The notes under the pieces were generated by a model. The model did no database searches and was not told where the DNA came from. It worked only from the letters and a program-made list of their open reading frames with translations. 64,000 nucleotides of DNA from Eledone cirrhosa (lineage: Eukaryota): the NCBI GenBank assembly GCA_964016885.1, contig OZ024762.1:5022001-5086000 (forward strand). The letters run 5' to 3'. Positions within the stretch are counted from its first letter, which is position 1. Every line of letters begins with the position of its first letter. This document shows, in pieces, positions 20,535 through 34,700 of this stretch. The position numbers and the translations under genes were made by a program.

Positions 20535-23500
20535 GTGAGTTTTACTTTCTGTATTCCAAACATCAGGAAGCCCAGTCGGGACACCCGGTTTAGATTTCAC
20601 ATTACAATTCATTTTATTTGCTGCCGCTATTTTCCCTGGGGTGGTGCATAAATATCGCAACTTTAACATTTATTCTACTTTTCTTTTATAAATGTGCAGC
20701 TTATTCAGAACATAAGTTCTCGTTGTTGGGTAAAACTTTAGTTTTGCAGCACCGAAGTTAATCACAGGAAAATAAGAGTGTGTCTCTTTATTTTATATCG
20801 TAGTCTGTGAACTATTTGGCCGGTGGCTAGCAGTGTTTAACCGTTCAACCGCTAATTTAATGTATTTACTACGGCAATAGTCCAAGAGAATGCTGTAGTA
20901 TATATACTAGGCCTACACCATTCTCTTGTACTATACTATAGCATTTATAATTCTCGCAGCATAAAAATATACACACGAATAACGTATGCAATGTTTAATT
21001 ACATAAGTATTTCACATAAAAATATAGAATCGAAAATGAAAGAAAACATTAAATCGGCACTAAGTTAAGTGTGGCAATGGGTCATACACCAACACTGACA
21101 GTATTACAGCAGGTGATAGCGAGCCTAAGACACTGGAATAACCAAGCACCAGCACGAGCATCACATTATACCTTGGTATAATGTGATGCCCGTGCTGGTG
21201 CATAGCTAGGATGACACAGGAACAATCAAACACCCATACGGGCATCACCTGACACCTCGGTAAGATTGGGTGATAGAGAGGGTAAGGTGGTGGAATAGCC
21301 AAGCACCCTCAACTGGAGCATCACCTGATACCTTGGTAAGGCTGGGTGTTAGAGAGGGTAAGGTGCTGGAATAGCCAAGCACCCTCAACTGGAGCATCAC
21401 CTGACACCTTGGTAAGGCTGGGTGATAGAGAGGGTAAGGTGCTGGAATAGCCAAGCACCGTCAACTGGAGCATCACCTGATACCTCGGTAAGGCAAACAG
21501 CCAACGATGACGAGAACCTAGTGTCAGCAGCCCAGCTCCCCCAAAACCTCTCGAACGACACAGACTAAAAAATAATAATTTGCTCAGCTACAGAAGCAGT
21601 GACCTTCACTTTTACTGCAGTATCCACGATGTAGGACAACAAAAAACTCACTGACTGTAGTGACCCAAATAATATATCTATATATTGTTAGCCAACACTC
21701 TGAATTCACAGAACACATGTTTATAGTTACTATTTTCATGGACAGCATGGCCTAGTGGTAAGGGTGTTGGACTTACGACTATAATGTTGTGGGTTTGATT
21801 CCTGGACTGGGTTGTGTGTTGTGTTCTTGAGCAAGACACTTCATTTCACATGGCTCCAGTATACTCAGCTGAAAATAAGTACCAGCAATAGCTGAGGGTT
21901 TACCCCTGCAATGGACTGGCATCCTGTCCAGGGGGGTGTCTTGTACTCTTAGTCGCTTCACGCCATGAAACTGGGATAAGCACCGGCCTAACGAACCTTC
22001 TGGCTTAAGACAGACTTTAGAGTAGATTTAGACTTTAACATTTGATAATCAGAAGGGACCAAGGTGTAAAAGCCAAACTTACTATCTTTAAATCGATATC
22101 TGTGCCAACCCTTACCTATGCTCATTAATGGCTGAAAGAATATGATTTAAATCACGTTCGCTTAAAAATAATTTTTAAATAATTAAAATATATACAGACA
22201 TATATATATATATATACACAAACATATATATACACACACACCTCTCAAAGACAATGACACACGACCGTGACTTCTGGCGTCACGCAGTAATACAGGGTAC
22301 CCGACCTCCCATGGGTACATGCTGAAGCATATAAACAATATGCCCCCACTCCCCCCACCGCAAGGTGGTCGTGGAGGTGCCACGGCAAAAAAGCACCCAG
22401 CCCACACTGTAAAGTGGACGTGTAGGCGCCACGAAAAAGCACCCAGCACTCACTGTAAATGAGGTTGGTGTTAGGAAGGGCATCCAGCTGTAGAAATCAA
22501 GCCAGATCAGTTCCTGTATGAGCAAGGCATGGTCAGCCGACCAGACACTGCCCACAACAGGACAACCCGTCTAACCCATGCTAGCGTGGAAGAACGGACG
22601 TAAAACGGTGATGATGGTGATGATGATGACACACATATTTCATTCAACAACACCACCAACTGTCTCTCTCTTTCTTCCATTTTCTTTCACTGTCTTCCCC
22701 CCCCCCCCCCTTCTCTCTCTATGTCTCTCTTTCAATCTAATCTCTCACAACCACTCTCTTTCTTTCTCTATTTATGAAGGTACCTGGAAAACCCCATATC
22801 TCATAAAACCCGTGCTCCGATTTACTCAAAACTTGTTTTATTCCATTTGTATTCTCATTTTAGGGGCAACTTCCTTTCAAAGTATTTTCCCATTATGTGA
22901 TGTGCCGTTTTGGCTGTATTAAATTACAGACAAACACAATTACAGAGTTTTAGTAGTATATGGATAGTCAGGGTATGGGGCTTACGATCATAAAATTGTG
23001 GGTTCAGTTATCAGGGCAGATGACATGTGTACTTTAGCAGGCACTGTATTTCATAGTACACCAGTTCGCTAGCATCCATCCAGTAGGGAGTTTTGTACTG
23101 ATGATTACTTATGCCAAACAACCATGCCATATATGGAATGTATGAGCTAGGTGAGGTCCCTTGACCTGTCTAATTTCAGACCAAGCCAGCATAGAAAAAG
23201 TCATAAAAGAATGATAATTATGATGACAGCTTTAAAATAAACAGCTGTTTATCATAGAACCAGGGTTAAGCAGTGGTAGTAGCATTAACTCTTTACCATT
23301 TACATTACTCTATGTATACTATTGTATTTTCACGATAAAGGCATTATCTCACATAATATCGAATCTATGAGATTTTCATATTATTTATCTTGAGAACAAT
23401 ACCTTAACATCAACATAAGTGGCACATGGCTTAGTGGTTAGAGCATTGGGCTTGCAATCGAAAGGTTGTGAGTTCAATTCTCGGACCGGGTGATGTGTTG

Positions 23501-25747
23501 TTTCCTTGAGCAAGACACTTTATTTCACATTGCTCCAGTTTACTCAGCTGTAGAAATGAGATGATAGGGACTGGGGTCCCTATCATTAAATTACCCAAGA
23601 CACCTCCAATGAGATATAACTTGGAGGAGGACAGCTAAACCTGCATAGGTGTGAGCTGTCACACACACACACACACAACATGAGTGGCTGGTTCCGCCGG
23701 TTTGAACAGAAGGAGGTGAGAGAATTCTTACCAGATATGGCCGGTTTAAATGCTAAAGGGTCAACGTCTGTTTTAAGCTGAAGGCTCAGACCTGTGCTTA
23801 TCTCCGGTTTCTTTCGTGTTAAACAACTGAGAGTACATGAATCTCTCTGGACATGACACCAGTCCAACTCAAGATTGACTCCCCAGCTTCTGCTGGTACT
23901 CTGAGTACTGGGGCAGCGTGAAATGAAGTGTTTTGCTCAAGGAATCAATGCAGCACCCTTTGCAGGAATCAAACCAATGACATTATGATTGTAAGTCCTA
24001 ACCATTAGGCAAGAAATAGGAGTCTTATAGGATTGTTATTGAATTTGGCAATTGGTAATATACATACTGGCAATTGGCAATACACATACTGGCAATTGGC
24101 AATACACATACTAGCAATTGGCAATACACATACTAGCAATTGGTAATACACATACTGGCAATTGGTAATATACATACTAGCAATTGGCAATACACATACT
24201 AACAATTGGTAATACACATACTGGCAATTGGTAATACACATACTAGCAATTGGCAATACACATACTAGCAATTGGCAATACACATACTGGCAATTGGTAA
24301 TACACATACTGGCAAGTGGCAATACACATACTAGCAATTGGCAATACACATACTAACAATTGATAATACACATACTGGAAATTGGCAATACACATACTGG
24401 CAATTGGCAATACACATACTAGCAATTGGTAATACACATACTAGCAATTGGCAATACACATACTGGCAATTGGCAATACACATACTAACAATTGGCAATA
24501 CACATACTAGCAATTGGCAATACACATACTAGCAATTGGTAATACACATACTAGCAATTGGCAATACACATACTAGCAATTGGCAATACACATACTAGCA
24601 ATTGGCAATACACATACTAGCAATTGGCCAATAGTGATATGCGGAGAAAAAGTTATGACATGTCAAAATATTTACTAAGAAGGTTAACATAATATATTAT
24701 GAAAAATATAATTATTAGGGTGACCACAGGGTTCATACCCGCTCCCTAGTCCCCCCCCCCCCCTACATTTTTTGTTATTCTAATTCCTATGTAACTTTTT
24801 TTGTTTCTGTCAATTCCACAGAAAGTACCGCTGTCATCAAAATTGGCCTCCAAATTTCCGAAATACAATTTGTATGTCTATGGAGAAGGGTATGTTTTTC
24901 CAGCTTTATCTCTTGTATTGTGTCATATTGTAGTGTACCTCATTCAATATTCCTTCCACTCCTCCGAGAGGGGCAGAGTCCTCAAACACTCCTTCCAGCA
25001 GGTCCTGTCAGAGCAACTGTCTCCAACTGATCTCACTGGATCCCCAAGGGGGACCAGCTGAGCTCATGGATGTTATCCAACCATCTTGCTTGGGTTCTAT
25101 CCCTTCGTCACCTGCTGGTTGGTTTAGCCCAAAGGTTCTCAACGGGGGTGGGGGGGGGGGGCATATGCACCCCCCAGGGGGCGTTTGGGAGCAAGGGGGT
25201 ATGGGGGGGGGGGGGCGTTTGGAGCTTTGGAGTGCACTGGAAGGCTCTTTACTTTGGTAAGTTTTATAACCCATATTTGTATGTCTTTGAGACAGCCAGT
25301 GTGAATGCATTTGAATGAGCATGCAGACAGCATAACTATGGTCTGACCGCAGCTGTGAGTAGGTGTGCAGGCGTGTCAAGACATTAACTGACAATTGAGA
25401 TCCTAACAATGGAAAAACCCACAGTCAACTGGGTCAAGGACACTTCAATTGCAGCCAGTTAGAATCTTGTCTTTCCTTCACCGATAACGATGTATTTCAT
25501 GTCTGAAATTATTGACTCAACCGTAACGAGTTAACACTATGTAGATCTATTTTATTTCCTATTGTATAAATAATATTACAAATAAAAAAAAAACCCAAAA
25601 CCCCCACAGAAGTGGGTAGCACACACATCTAGGACCACATACAACACATAAGCAGGTAATACAGGTAGTACACAGACCTACTAGTATACTTCGTTGAGTG
25701 TTTTATTCTGCATACAATAGTGTTGGTTGATTAACTAACACATATTT

Positions 25748-25781
<34 letters not shown>

Positions 25782-28700
25782 GATGAGGCAAAAGTTGTGC
25801 ACCATAGGGGTTAATTAATTAATCACGTGTAATTATCAATAGTAGTGGTGGTGGTGGTGGTGGGGGGGGGGGGGGGGGGTATTTTCCTATATATTGTTTA
25901 CTCTATGATATTGATCAATATAACACATATCGTTGTCGTATCAAGTGTGTACGTGTGATACTTTTAATAAATTATCCCTATGGTGCACGACTTTTGCCTC
26001 ACCCTGTATATATATATATATCGAAACTGGAGTACAGGTATAGAATTATGGTACCCATTTACGTGTGTTGTATTGAGGCAATTAACTTTGTGTCTACTCT
26101 AGGATTTTTACATAACCTTACCTATTGAGTACGCTGAGATGCAACCAGTACTAGCAGGAAAACCTTATGCTAGTCCCGTCAACTTATATGTATATCAAAA
26201 ATATAGTAGGAGAAAATACAAACAAAAATTCTTGAAAAAGTGATTATTTGTTTACAATTGTTTCAGAAGACAAAATCACAATTTAAACCATAAGATTGAA
26301 CCCTATCAGTATATGAATCGATAGGACCACGTATTATTAAGAACGAGTCATATACACATAGAGCACACTGCCCTCTTTGCTACTGGCTTATATAATTCTC
26401 ACAAACTAATCTCTATTCTCTACTTCCCGATTGGATTGTACACATACATTTGATATATCATCATCGTTTAACGTCTATCTTCCACGCTAGCATGGGTTAG
26501 ACGGTTTTGTTCCATTCGATGCCTGTGTGTATTTAACCTGTCTAACAACTAGGAAAACTTCTCTGATATATTTACAACAAATTAAATTAAAACAATAAAT
26601 AATTCACAAGGGAGAGAACTCTTGATGAACTCTCGAATCTTGTTCAATTCTGTGATGAAATTTATTAATTCATCAGTGGCAGCTTCGTTAAAATGGCCGA
26701 CAAAATTCTTGAGGGAATTGTTGTGTTTAAGGCGGTGGATAAAGTACCAGTAATGCACTGGGGTCAGTTTAATCGACTTTTCCCCTCCCCTTCAAATTGC
26801 TGACCTTGTGCCTAAAGGAGAAACATTATTAGTATCGGTAGAGGGTCGGGCGCCATGCTTTGAAGCATAGAGTTACCTCCCTTTATCATCTGAGTTCAAA
26901 TCCCGCCGAGGTTAACTTTGCCTTTCATCCTTACGGGGTCGATAAAATAAAGTACCAGTAATGCACTGGGATAATTGCTGGCCTTGTGCCTAAAGTAGAA
27001 ACAATTATTACATGTAACCCCCCACTGTCCTATATTGTCCTACATGTAACCCCCACTGTCCTGCATGTAACCCCCCCCACTGTCCTATATTGTCCTACAT
27101 GTAACCCCCACTGTCCTATATTGTCCTACATGTAACCCCCCTGTCCTATATTGTCCTACATATACCCCCCCCCCCCCAACTCTGTCCTACATGTGTTGGC
27201 CCCTGTGGCCAATAAAGAAGTTATTATTACTAATACTCTGTATTTTGTTGCCTTTTCCAGGTATTACGCAGAATCATTAAGGTGAGTGTCATTAATCTCT
27301 ATATTGTGGTTGTCATGGCTACATCATAGGATTGGCAGAATCGGTAGAGCGTCAGACGCCATTATTTGAACCATGGAGTTATGGCCCTTTGCGTTCTGAG
27401 TTCAAATCCCGCTGAAGTTAACTTTGCCTTTCATCCTTACGCAGTCGATAAAATAAAGTACCAGTAATGTACTGGGGTAATTGCTGGCCTTGTGCCAAAA
27501 GTAGAAATAATTATTACCACCACCATCACCATCACCATCACCGCAATCACCACCACGACCATCATCATCATCATCAAAACAGTTTATGTGGAAGTGTTTA
27601 TATTTATCTAAAAATCTTCTATCATAATTTTATGTAAGAAACATTACATTATGCTTCAAACATCAATTTCATAATAGGAAAGTTAGCTATATTACTAAAT
27701 TCTTCACAATTTCTTAATTATTTTTAAAAAGGGTTAAACATAGACAGTGTCTTTCATTAGAAATACGGTAATGAAAGGGTTAAACATAGACAGTGTCTTT
27801 CATTGGAAATATGGTAATGAAAGGGTTAAACATAGGCAGTGTCTTTCATTGGAAATATGGTAATGAAAGGGTTAAACATAGGCAGTGTCTTTCATTAGAA
27901 ATACGGTAATGAAAGGGTTAAACATAGGCAGTGTCTTTCATTAGAAATATGGTAATGAAAGGGTTAAACATAGACAGTGTCTTTCATTAGAAATACGGTA
28001 ATGAAAGGGTTAAACATAGGCAGTGTCTTTCATTAGAAATACGGTAATGAAAGGGTTAAACATAGGCAGTGTCTTTCATGAGAAATACGGTAATGAAAGG
28101 GTTAAACATAGGCAGTGTCTTTCATTAGAAATATGGTAATGAAAGGGTTAATGACATAGACAGTGTCGTTCATTAGAAATATGGCAATGAAAGGGTTAAT
28201 GACATAGACAGTGTCGTTCATTATAAATATGGTAATGAAAGGGTTAAACATAGGCAGTGTCTTTCATTAGAAATATGGTAATGAAAGGGTTAAACATAGG
28301 CAGTGTCTTTCATTAGAAATATGGTAATGGAAGGGTTAATGACATATACAGTGTCTTTCATTAGAAATATGGTAATGAAAGTGTTAAAGACATAGACAGT
28401 GTCTTCCATTAGAAATATGGTAATGAAAGGGTTAAACATAGGCAGTGTCTTTCATTAGAAATATGGTAATGAAAGGGTTAAAGTCATAGACAGTGTTTTC
28501 ATTATAAATATGGTAATGAAAGGGTTAAAGTCATAGACAGTGTCTTTCATTGGAAATACGGTAATGAAAGGGTTAAACATAGGCAGTGTCTTTCATTGGA
28601 AATATGGTAATGAAAGGGTTAAAGTCATAGACAGTGTCTTTCATTAGAAATATGGTAATGAAAGGGTTAAAGTCATAGACAGTGTCTTTCATTAGAAATA

Positions 28701-31700
28701 TGGTAATGAAAGGGTTAAAGTCATAGACAGTGTCTTTCATTGGAAATATGGTAATGAAAGGGTTAAAGTCATAGACAGTGTCTTTCATTAGAAATATGGT
28801 AATGAAAGGGTTAAAGTCATAGACAGTGTCTTTCATTGGAAATACGGTAATGAAAGGGTTAAACATAGGCAGTGTCTTTCATTGGAAATATGGTAATGAA
28901 AGGGTTAAAGTCATAGACAGTGTCTTTCATTAGAAATATGGTAATGAAAGGGTTAAAGTCATAGACAGTGTCTTTCATTGGAAATACGGTAATGAAAGGG
29001 TTAAACATAGGCAGTGTCTTTCATTGGAAATATGGTAATGAAAGGGTTAAAGTCATAGACTGTCTTTCATTAGAAATATGGTAATGAAAGGGTTAAAGTC
29101 ATAGACAGTGTCTTTCATTATAAATATGGTAATGAAAGGGTTAAAGTCATAGACAGTGTCTTTCATTAGAAATATGGTAATGAAATAATTCAATTGTTTG
29201 CTGTTTTCCAGAAGCTTCAATTTACACGGCGTCCCTGTCTTGTTCATTCCTGGCAACGCTGGAAGTTATAAACAAGGTAATCATCATCATAATCATCATC
29301 ATCATCATCATCATCCATTTTCCTTGCTAGCAAGGGTTGCACATAGACCAATGTCAGTACTGAAATAAGGCTTCTGACCTGACAAACTGGCCGAGTGTCT
29401 GCATCTTGCTTACATACAGTCCCGTGTTCTACTGAGTGCAGAGAAGTTTTCTGTCTTTTCACACAAACTAAAGGGTCCTTCCGACCCTTTGGCAGGCTTT
29501 CTACAGCTAGATGCCCTTCTCATCACCAACTACTTTACAGAGTGTACTGGGTGCTTCTATCATGTAGATCAACAACACTAGGGAGACTGAAGGCGCCTAC
29601 CGACCGTTTCTTTGGCAAACTATCTACAACTGGATGCCCTTCCTATCACCAACCACATTACTGTGTGGATTGGATGCTTTTACTGTGACACCAAAACGAC
29701 CATCTAACAGGGTGGACTGGGCACCTTTTGTTTGTGTCATCAGCATGACTACCTTACAGAGTCGACTGGGCGTGTTTACATCTGATGTTTATTTATGCCA
29801 TGTAACTTAGCAGTTTAACTAATAAAATCGATAAATGAAGTAAGAACCAGTTTTAACAAAATATGTCCTGTGGGTTGATAGGTTTGACTAAAACCTTTCA
29901 AGCTGGTGCCCCAGCATGGCCACAGCCTAATGACCGGAACCAATTACAGGTATATATCTGACTTAATGTCTTTATTTATATTGCAGTTCGTTCCTTAGCA
30001 ACAGTGGCTTTCAGAAAAGCTGAAAATTTACCATTCCTGTTCAACTATTTCACTGTTGACCTAAATGAGGTAAATATTTCTTCTTACAGCTCCTTGTTGC
30101 TATCTCACCATTCTTTCTTGTTGCTATCTCACCAGTTGTTTCTTCTTGTTTCATATTTCATGCAACATTTATAAAATTATTCATTTTGTCGTATTAAAGA
30201 AAAAAATAATCTTTAAATATACTTCTGTGCATTTTCACCTTCACTTTGTAACTATATATATATATATATATATATATCATCATCATCATCTTCATTTAAC
30301 GTCAATCTTCCACGCTAGCATGGGTTAGACGGGAGTTGTCCCACTTGAGGCAAGGTTGGTCGGGTGACCGTGTCTCGCTCATATGGGACTGTCTGGCAGG
30401 TTTTCTATGGCTGGATGCCCTTCCTAACACCAACCACATTTACAGTGTGGAACTGGGAACTTTTTACCGTGTTACCTACACGGCCACATTACAGCGTGGA
30501 CTGTGTGTTTTTTTTCTCGTGATACCTACACTGGCAATATTCCTCACTGGTAATTTTCTGCCTAGCAATCTTCTGCCCAGCAATTATCCAACTGGGAATT
30601 TTCCATGCACGATATAATATATGTGTTTATTTTGCTTTTTCTCCCAGGAATTTTCTGCATTGGTTGGTGGAAGTCTTCAGGAACAGACAGGTACAACTCT
30701 TTCATATATTTTATCTTCTAGAAAAAAATTAATCATTATTTGAAGGTTTACTGGGGTGAAATCATCACAGACTCTTAAATACTGTTTGTTCTATAGTCCC
30801 AATAATTTTACATGTAAAATAATGTTTTTTTTTCTTTACTTAACTCTCAATGTCATGTACCACATGAAACCACATTAGCAAGACATTCTATAAAAATATA
30901 AAATAGCATTGTGACTACATCACATTAAATATTAATGTCTTTTCTTTTGTTTACTATAAATTTCAACAACAATGTGTCCACTAATAAAAACACTATCACT
31001 ATAAATATTTGAATTAACAAACCACTTGAAAGTACATTAGTAAGATACTCTATAAAAGTATAAAATAGCACTATGACTGCATCACATAAAAATTAAACTC
31101 TTTAGTTTCCTGCAAATTTTCACCACAATCTGTAAAAATACTATCAACATTTGAATTACTGTATTTCCCGGCGTCGAAGACGCTAAGTTTTTCCTGAAAT
31201 AAGTCACAAAAATGTACCATGCATCCTGTAGGCCGATGGTTGTTTATTATTTTTTTTCAAATTTTTGGTTGTTAAAATTAGGGTGTATCCTCGAGGACAA
31301 AGCGTCTTCGGTGCCGGGAATTATAGTAATAAACCAGCTTTTTGAAGATAGTGTCGTGTTATTATTGAGCTAATTCAGATGAGAAAGACGATCACAACTT
31401 TGTGAAAGTGTACAGAATCTGAGACAGGAAGTAGAAAGATTAAGGCAAGAAGAAAGACTATTGCAACAAACAGAGGTTCAATATGAAAATCACCAAGAAG
31501 TAATGACAGTTGCGATGCAAACTTGACGAGCGCAAACGACTCTTCAAGGCAGAACAAATTGGCTAAGAGCTGCGTTTTCATATGATCCATCGAAGAATTA
31601 TAGAAATGATCCTAAAGTTGGTATTGATAGCATGGATATTACACTTGGCATGTGTTGCTTAGGAGGAAAAGTCAGACTTCCACTGACAGAGGACCCTACT

Positions 31701-34700
31701 TATAGACCGGACTAACGAAGCAGCACTTCAGAAGCAATGTTATGCGATATATTGCTGTGTTACAGATGACGTCCTTTGGAGCTGAAAAAGATTATACTGA
31801 CTATAGTTATTTCACATTTAAAATCCAAGGCCAATTGCTACCATTTAATCGTCAGTTTACTCCCACAGCCTAATAAGGAAGTTTTATGATTGTTTTTTTT
31901 TATGTCTCTCTCTCTCACACACACACATTACGGTGTTACCTCATACCAGACAACACATCCAATACAGTCGTTTTCTCTTTTATCCGTCTTCTCTTAACTG
32001 TTCTCCCGGGTGAAGCCGGGTACCTCAGCTAGTTTTTAATAATAATAATGATCTTTCTGTTTCAGAATTTGTTGGCTTCTGTGTGAAAAAGATTCTGAGG
32101 ATGTATAAGACAGCAAATAGTCCACCTACCACAATTGTTCTTATTGGTCATTCTATGGTGAGTTGAGTATAACTTTCTGATTGGTTGTTGTTGTTGTTGC
32201 CCTCCTCCTCCTCCTCCTCATTTATTCCTGGGAGGGGCAGAGTCCTTAGACCCACCTTCCAGAGAGACTTGTCAGAAGTAACTCTCTCCAAATAACTGAG
32301 CCTACGGGGAATGTTACCTAAACATCTTGCTCTACTCCCCGCCCTCCCCCCACACCCTCATCTCCCCTCCACAACTCATCCTCCTAGCTTTCTTCTCTCC
32401 TGCCTACTCTGCCTCTTACTCATCTCCTCCTGCTTCCTTCCCCCTCTTCCTCCTCACCACCCCCACCCCCTTCTCACCCCTCCTCCTCCTGTTAATTATT
32501 ATACTTTAATCAATCTACTATATCTACCAGGGAGGTATTCTAGCCAGAGCCCTGTTCACCCTTCCAGACTTTGACAGTAGTTCAGTCCACACCATTATCA
32601 CACTGGCCACCCCACACCAACAGCCAGGTAGGTTCACCTATACTTCTTTCTCTTTCATTATGTGGATTGGCAGTATCAGTAGAAGGTCGGACGCCATGCT
32701 TTGCAGCATAGAGTTACGGCCCTTTCCATTCTGAGTTCAAATCCCGCCGAGGTTAACTTTGCCTTTCATCCTTACGGGGTCGATAAAATTATGTACCAGT
32801 AATGTACTGGGGTAATTGCTGGCTTTGTGCCAAAAGTAGAAACAATTATTATATATATATTGAGAAGCCCTAGGATTCTGTTAGGTCAAGCCTCATTTAC
32901 AGTGAGTACAGGGTGCTTTTTGTCGTGGCACCTATATATATATTGAGAAGCCCTAGGATTCTGTTAGGTCAAGCCTCATTTACAGTGAGTACAGGGTGCT
33001 TTTTGTCGTGGCACCTATATATATATTGAGAAGCCCTAGGATTCTGTTAGGTCAAGCCTCATTTACAGTGAGTACAGGGTGCTTTTTGTCGTGGCACCTA
33101 TATATATATTGAGAAGCCCTAGGATTCTGTTAGGTCAAGCCTCATTTACAGTGAGTACAGGGTGCTTTTTGTCGTGGCACCTATATATATATTGAGAAGC
33201 CCTAGGATTCTGTTAGGTCAAGCCTCATTTACAGTGAGTACAGGGTGCTTTTTGTCGTGGCACCTATATATATATTGAGAAGCTCTAGGATTCTGTTAGG
33301 TCAAGCCTCATTTACAGTGAGTACAGGGTGCTTTTTGTCGTGGCACCTATATATATATTGAGAAGCTCTAGGATTATGTGACACAACCACTAATTTATGG
33401 CGAAACAAACTCTAGCTGTAGTTTGTCCAGGAGTTTAATAGTTATTGAAATGGTTAGAAATTTTTAATTCAATGTTTCTAGTTATTTATTTACCATTTGT
33501 TCATAGGTTATATGCATTGCACCAAAGTGGTTTTTCAACCCATGTAATACAAAACACACCTCTTTGTGTGTTTATTTTCTATATATTATATTTATATTTT
33601 CTATATTCAATTCTCAGACCGGGTGATGTGTTGTTTCCTTGAGCAAGACACTTTATTTCACATTGCTCCAGTTTACTCAGCTGTAGAAATCAAGCCAGAA
33701 TCAGTTCCCGTCCCACCCTTGCAAGCAGGGAAAAGCGGACGTAAAATGAAATGATGATGATGATGATGATATATATGTATATATATATATATATATATAT
33801 AGAAGTGGTTACACAACAGTTAGTTCACCATACCGAGAACAATTGTTTCACCTTAGCGGATTCTCAGGTCGTAATGGACATGGTTATGCGTATAACCATG
33901 TCCATTACGAGCTGAAGATCCGGGAAGGTGAAACAATTGTTCTCGGTATGGTGAACTAACTGTTGTGTAACCACTTCTACCTAGCTCGTCCCATGGACTG
34001 AGTGCTCTACCACTACAGATATTACCATCAAGTGTTCTACCACTATATATATATATATGATGTTGTCCAAGAGAAATGTAAAGGCATGATACAGCTTGGC
34101 ACCAGTGACATCGCAACATATTTTTTTCCAGCTGAGTGAACTGGAGCAACATGAAATAAAGTTTCTTGCTCAAGGACACAACACACCACCCAGTCTGGGA
34201 ATCGAACTCCCAACCTCAAGATTGTGAACTCAATTGTGTTTGCTAATTATTTGTTGTTGATTAGTTCATTATAATTACTTTATTAATTAACACATTTCTA
34301 TATTTTCAGTTATCACATTTGACAGTTATTTGTCCAGCTTCTACCAGAAAGTCAATGATTATTGGATAAAGAACAGCCACACTACACTGGCAAGTGTGAC
34401 CATGTTGTCCACTGGGGGAGGGGAACGAGATTATCAGGTCCCTGTCTGGTCAACAGCTTTGGATAACGTAAGTCTACAGGGCTTCTATTTTACATATCAA
34501 TTGAGAAATGGGGTTTCTCTGGAGAGTCTTTGGAGTAACGTTGCTTGATAAAATGCATAGCTCAGCAATCGGAGAGTCACTCTATGTAGAGCTGCTACTT
34601 CTCCGAATTGAGATATCACAGCTCCGATACTATGGACATGTGGTTAGAATGTCTCAGGAAAGACTCGCTGGAGTCATTTCATGTAGAGCTGCTACTTCTC

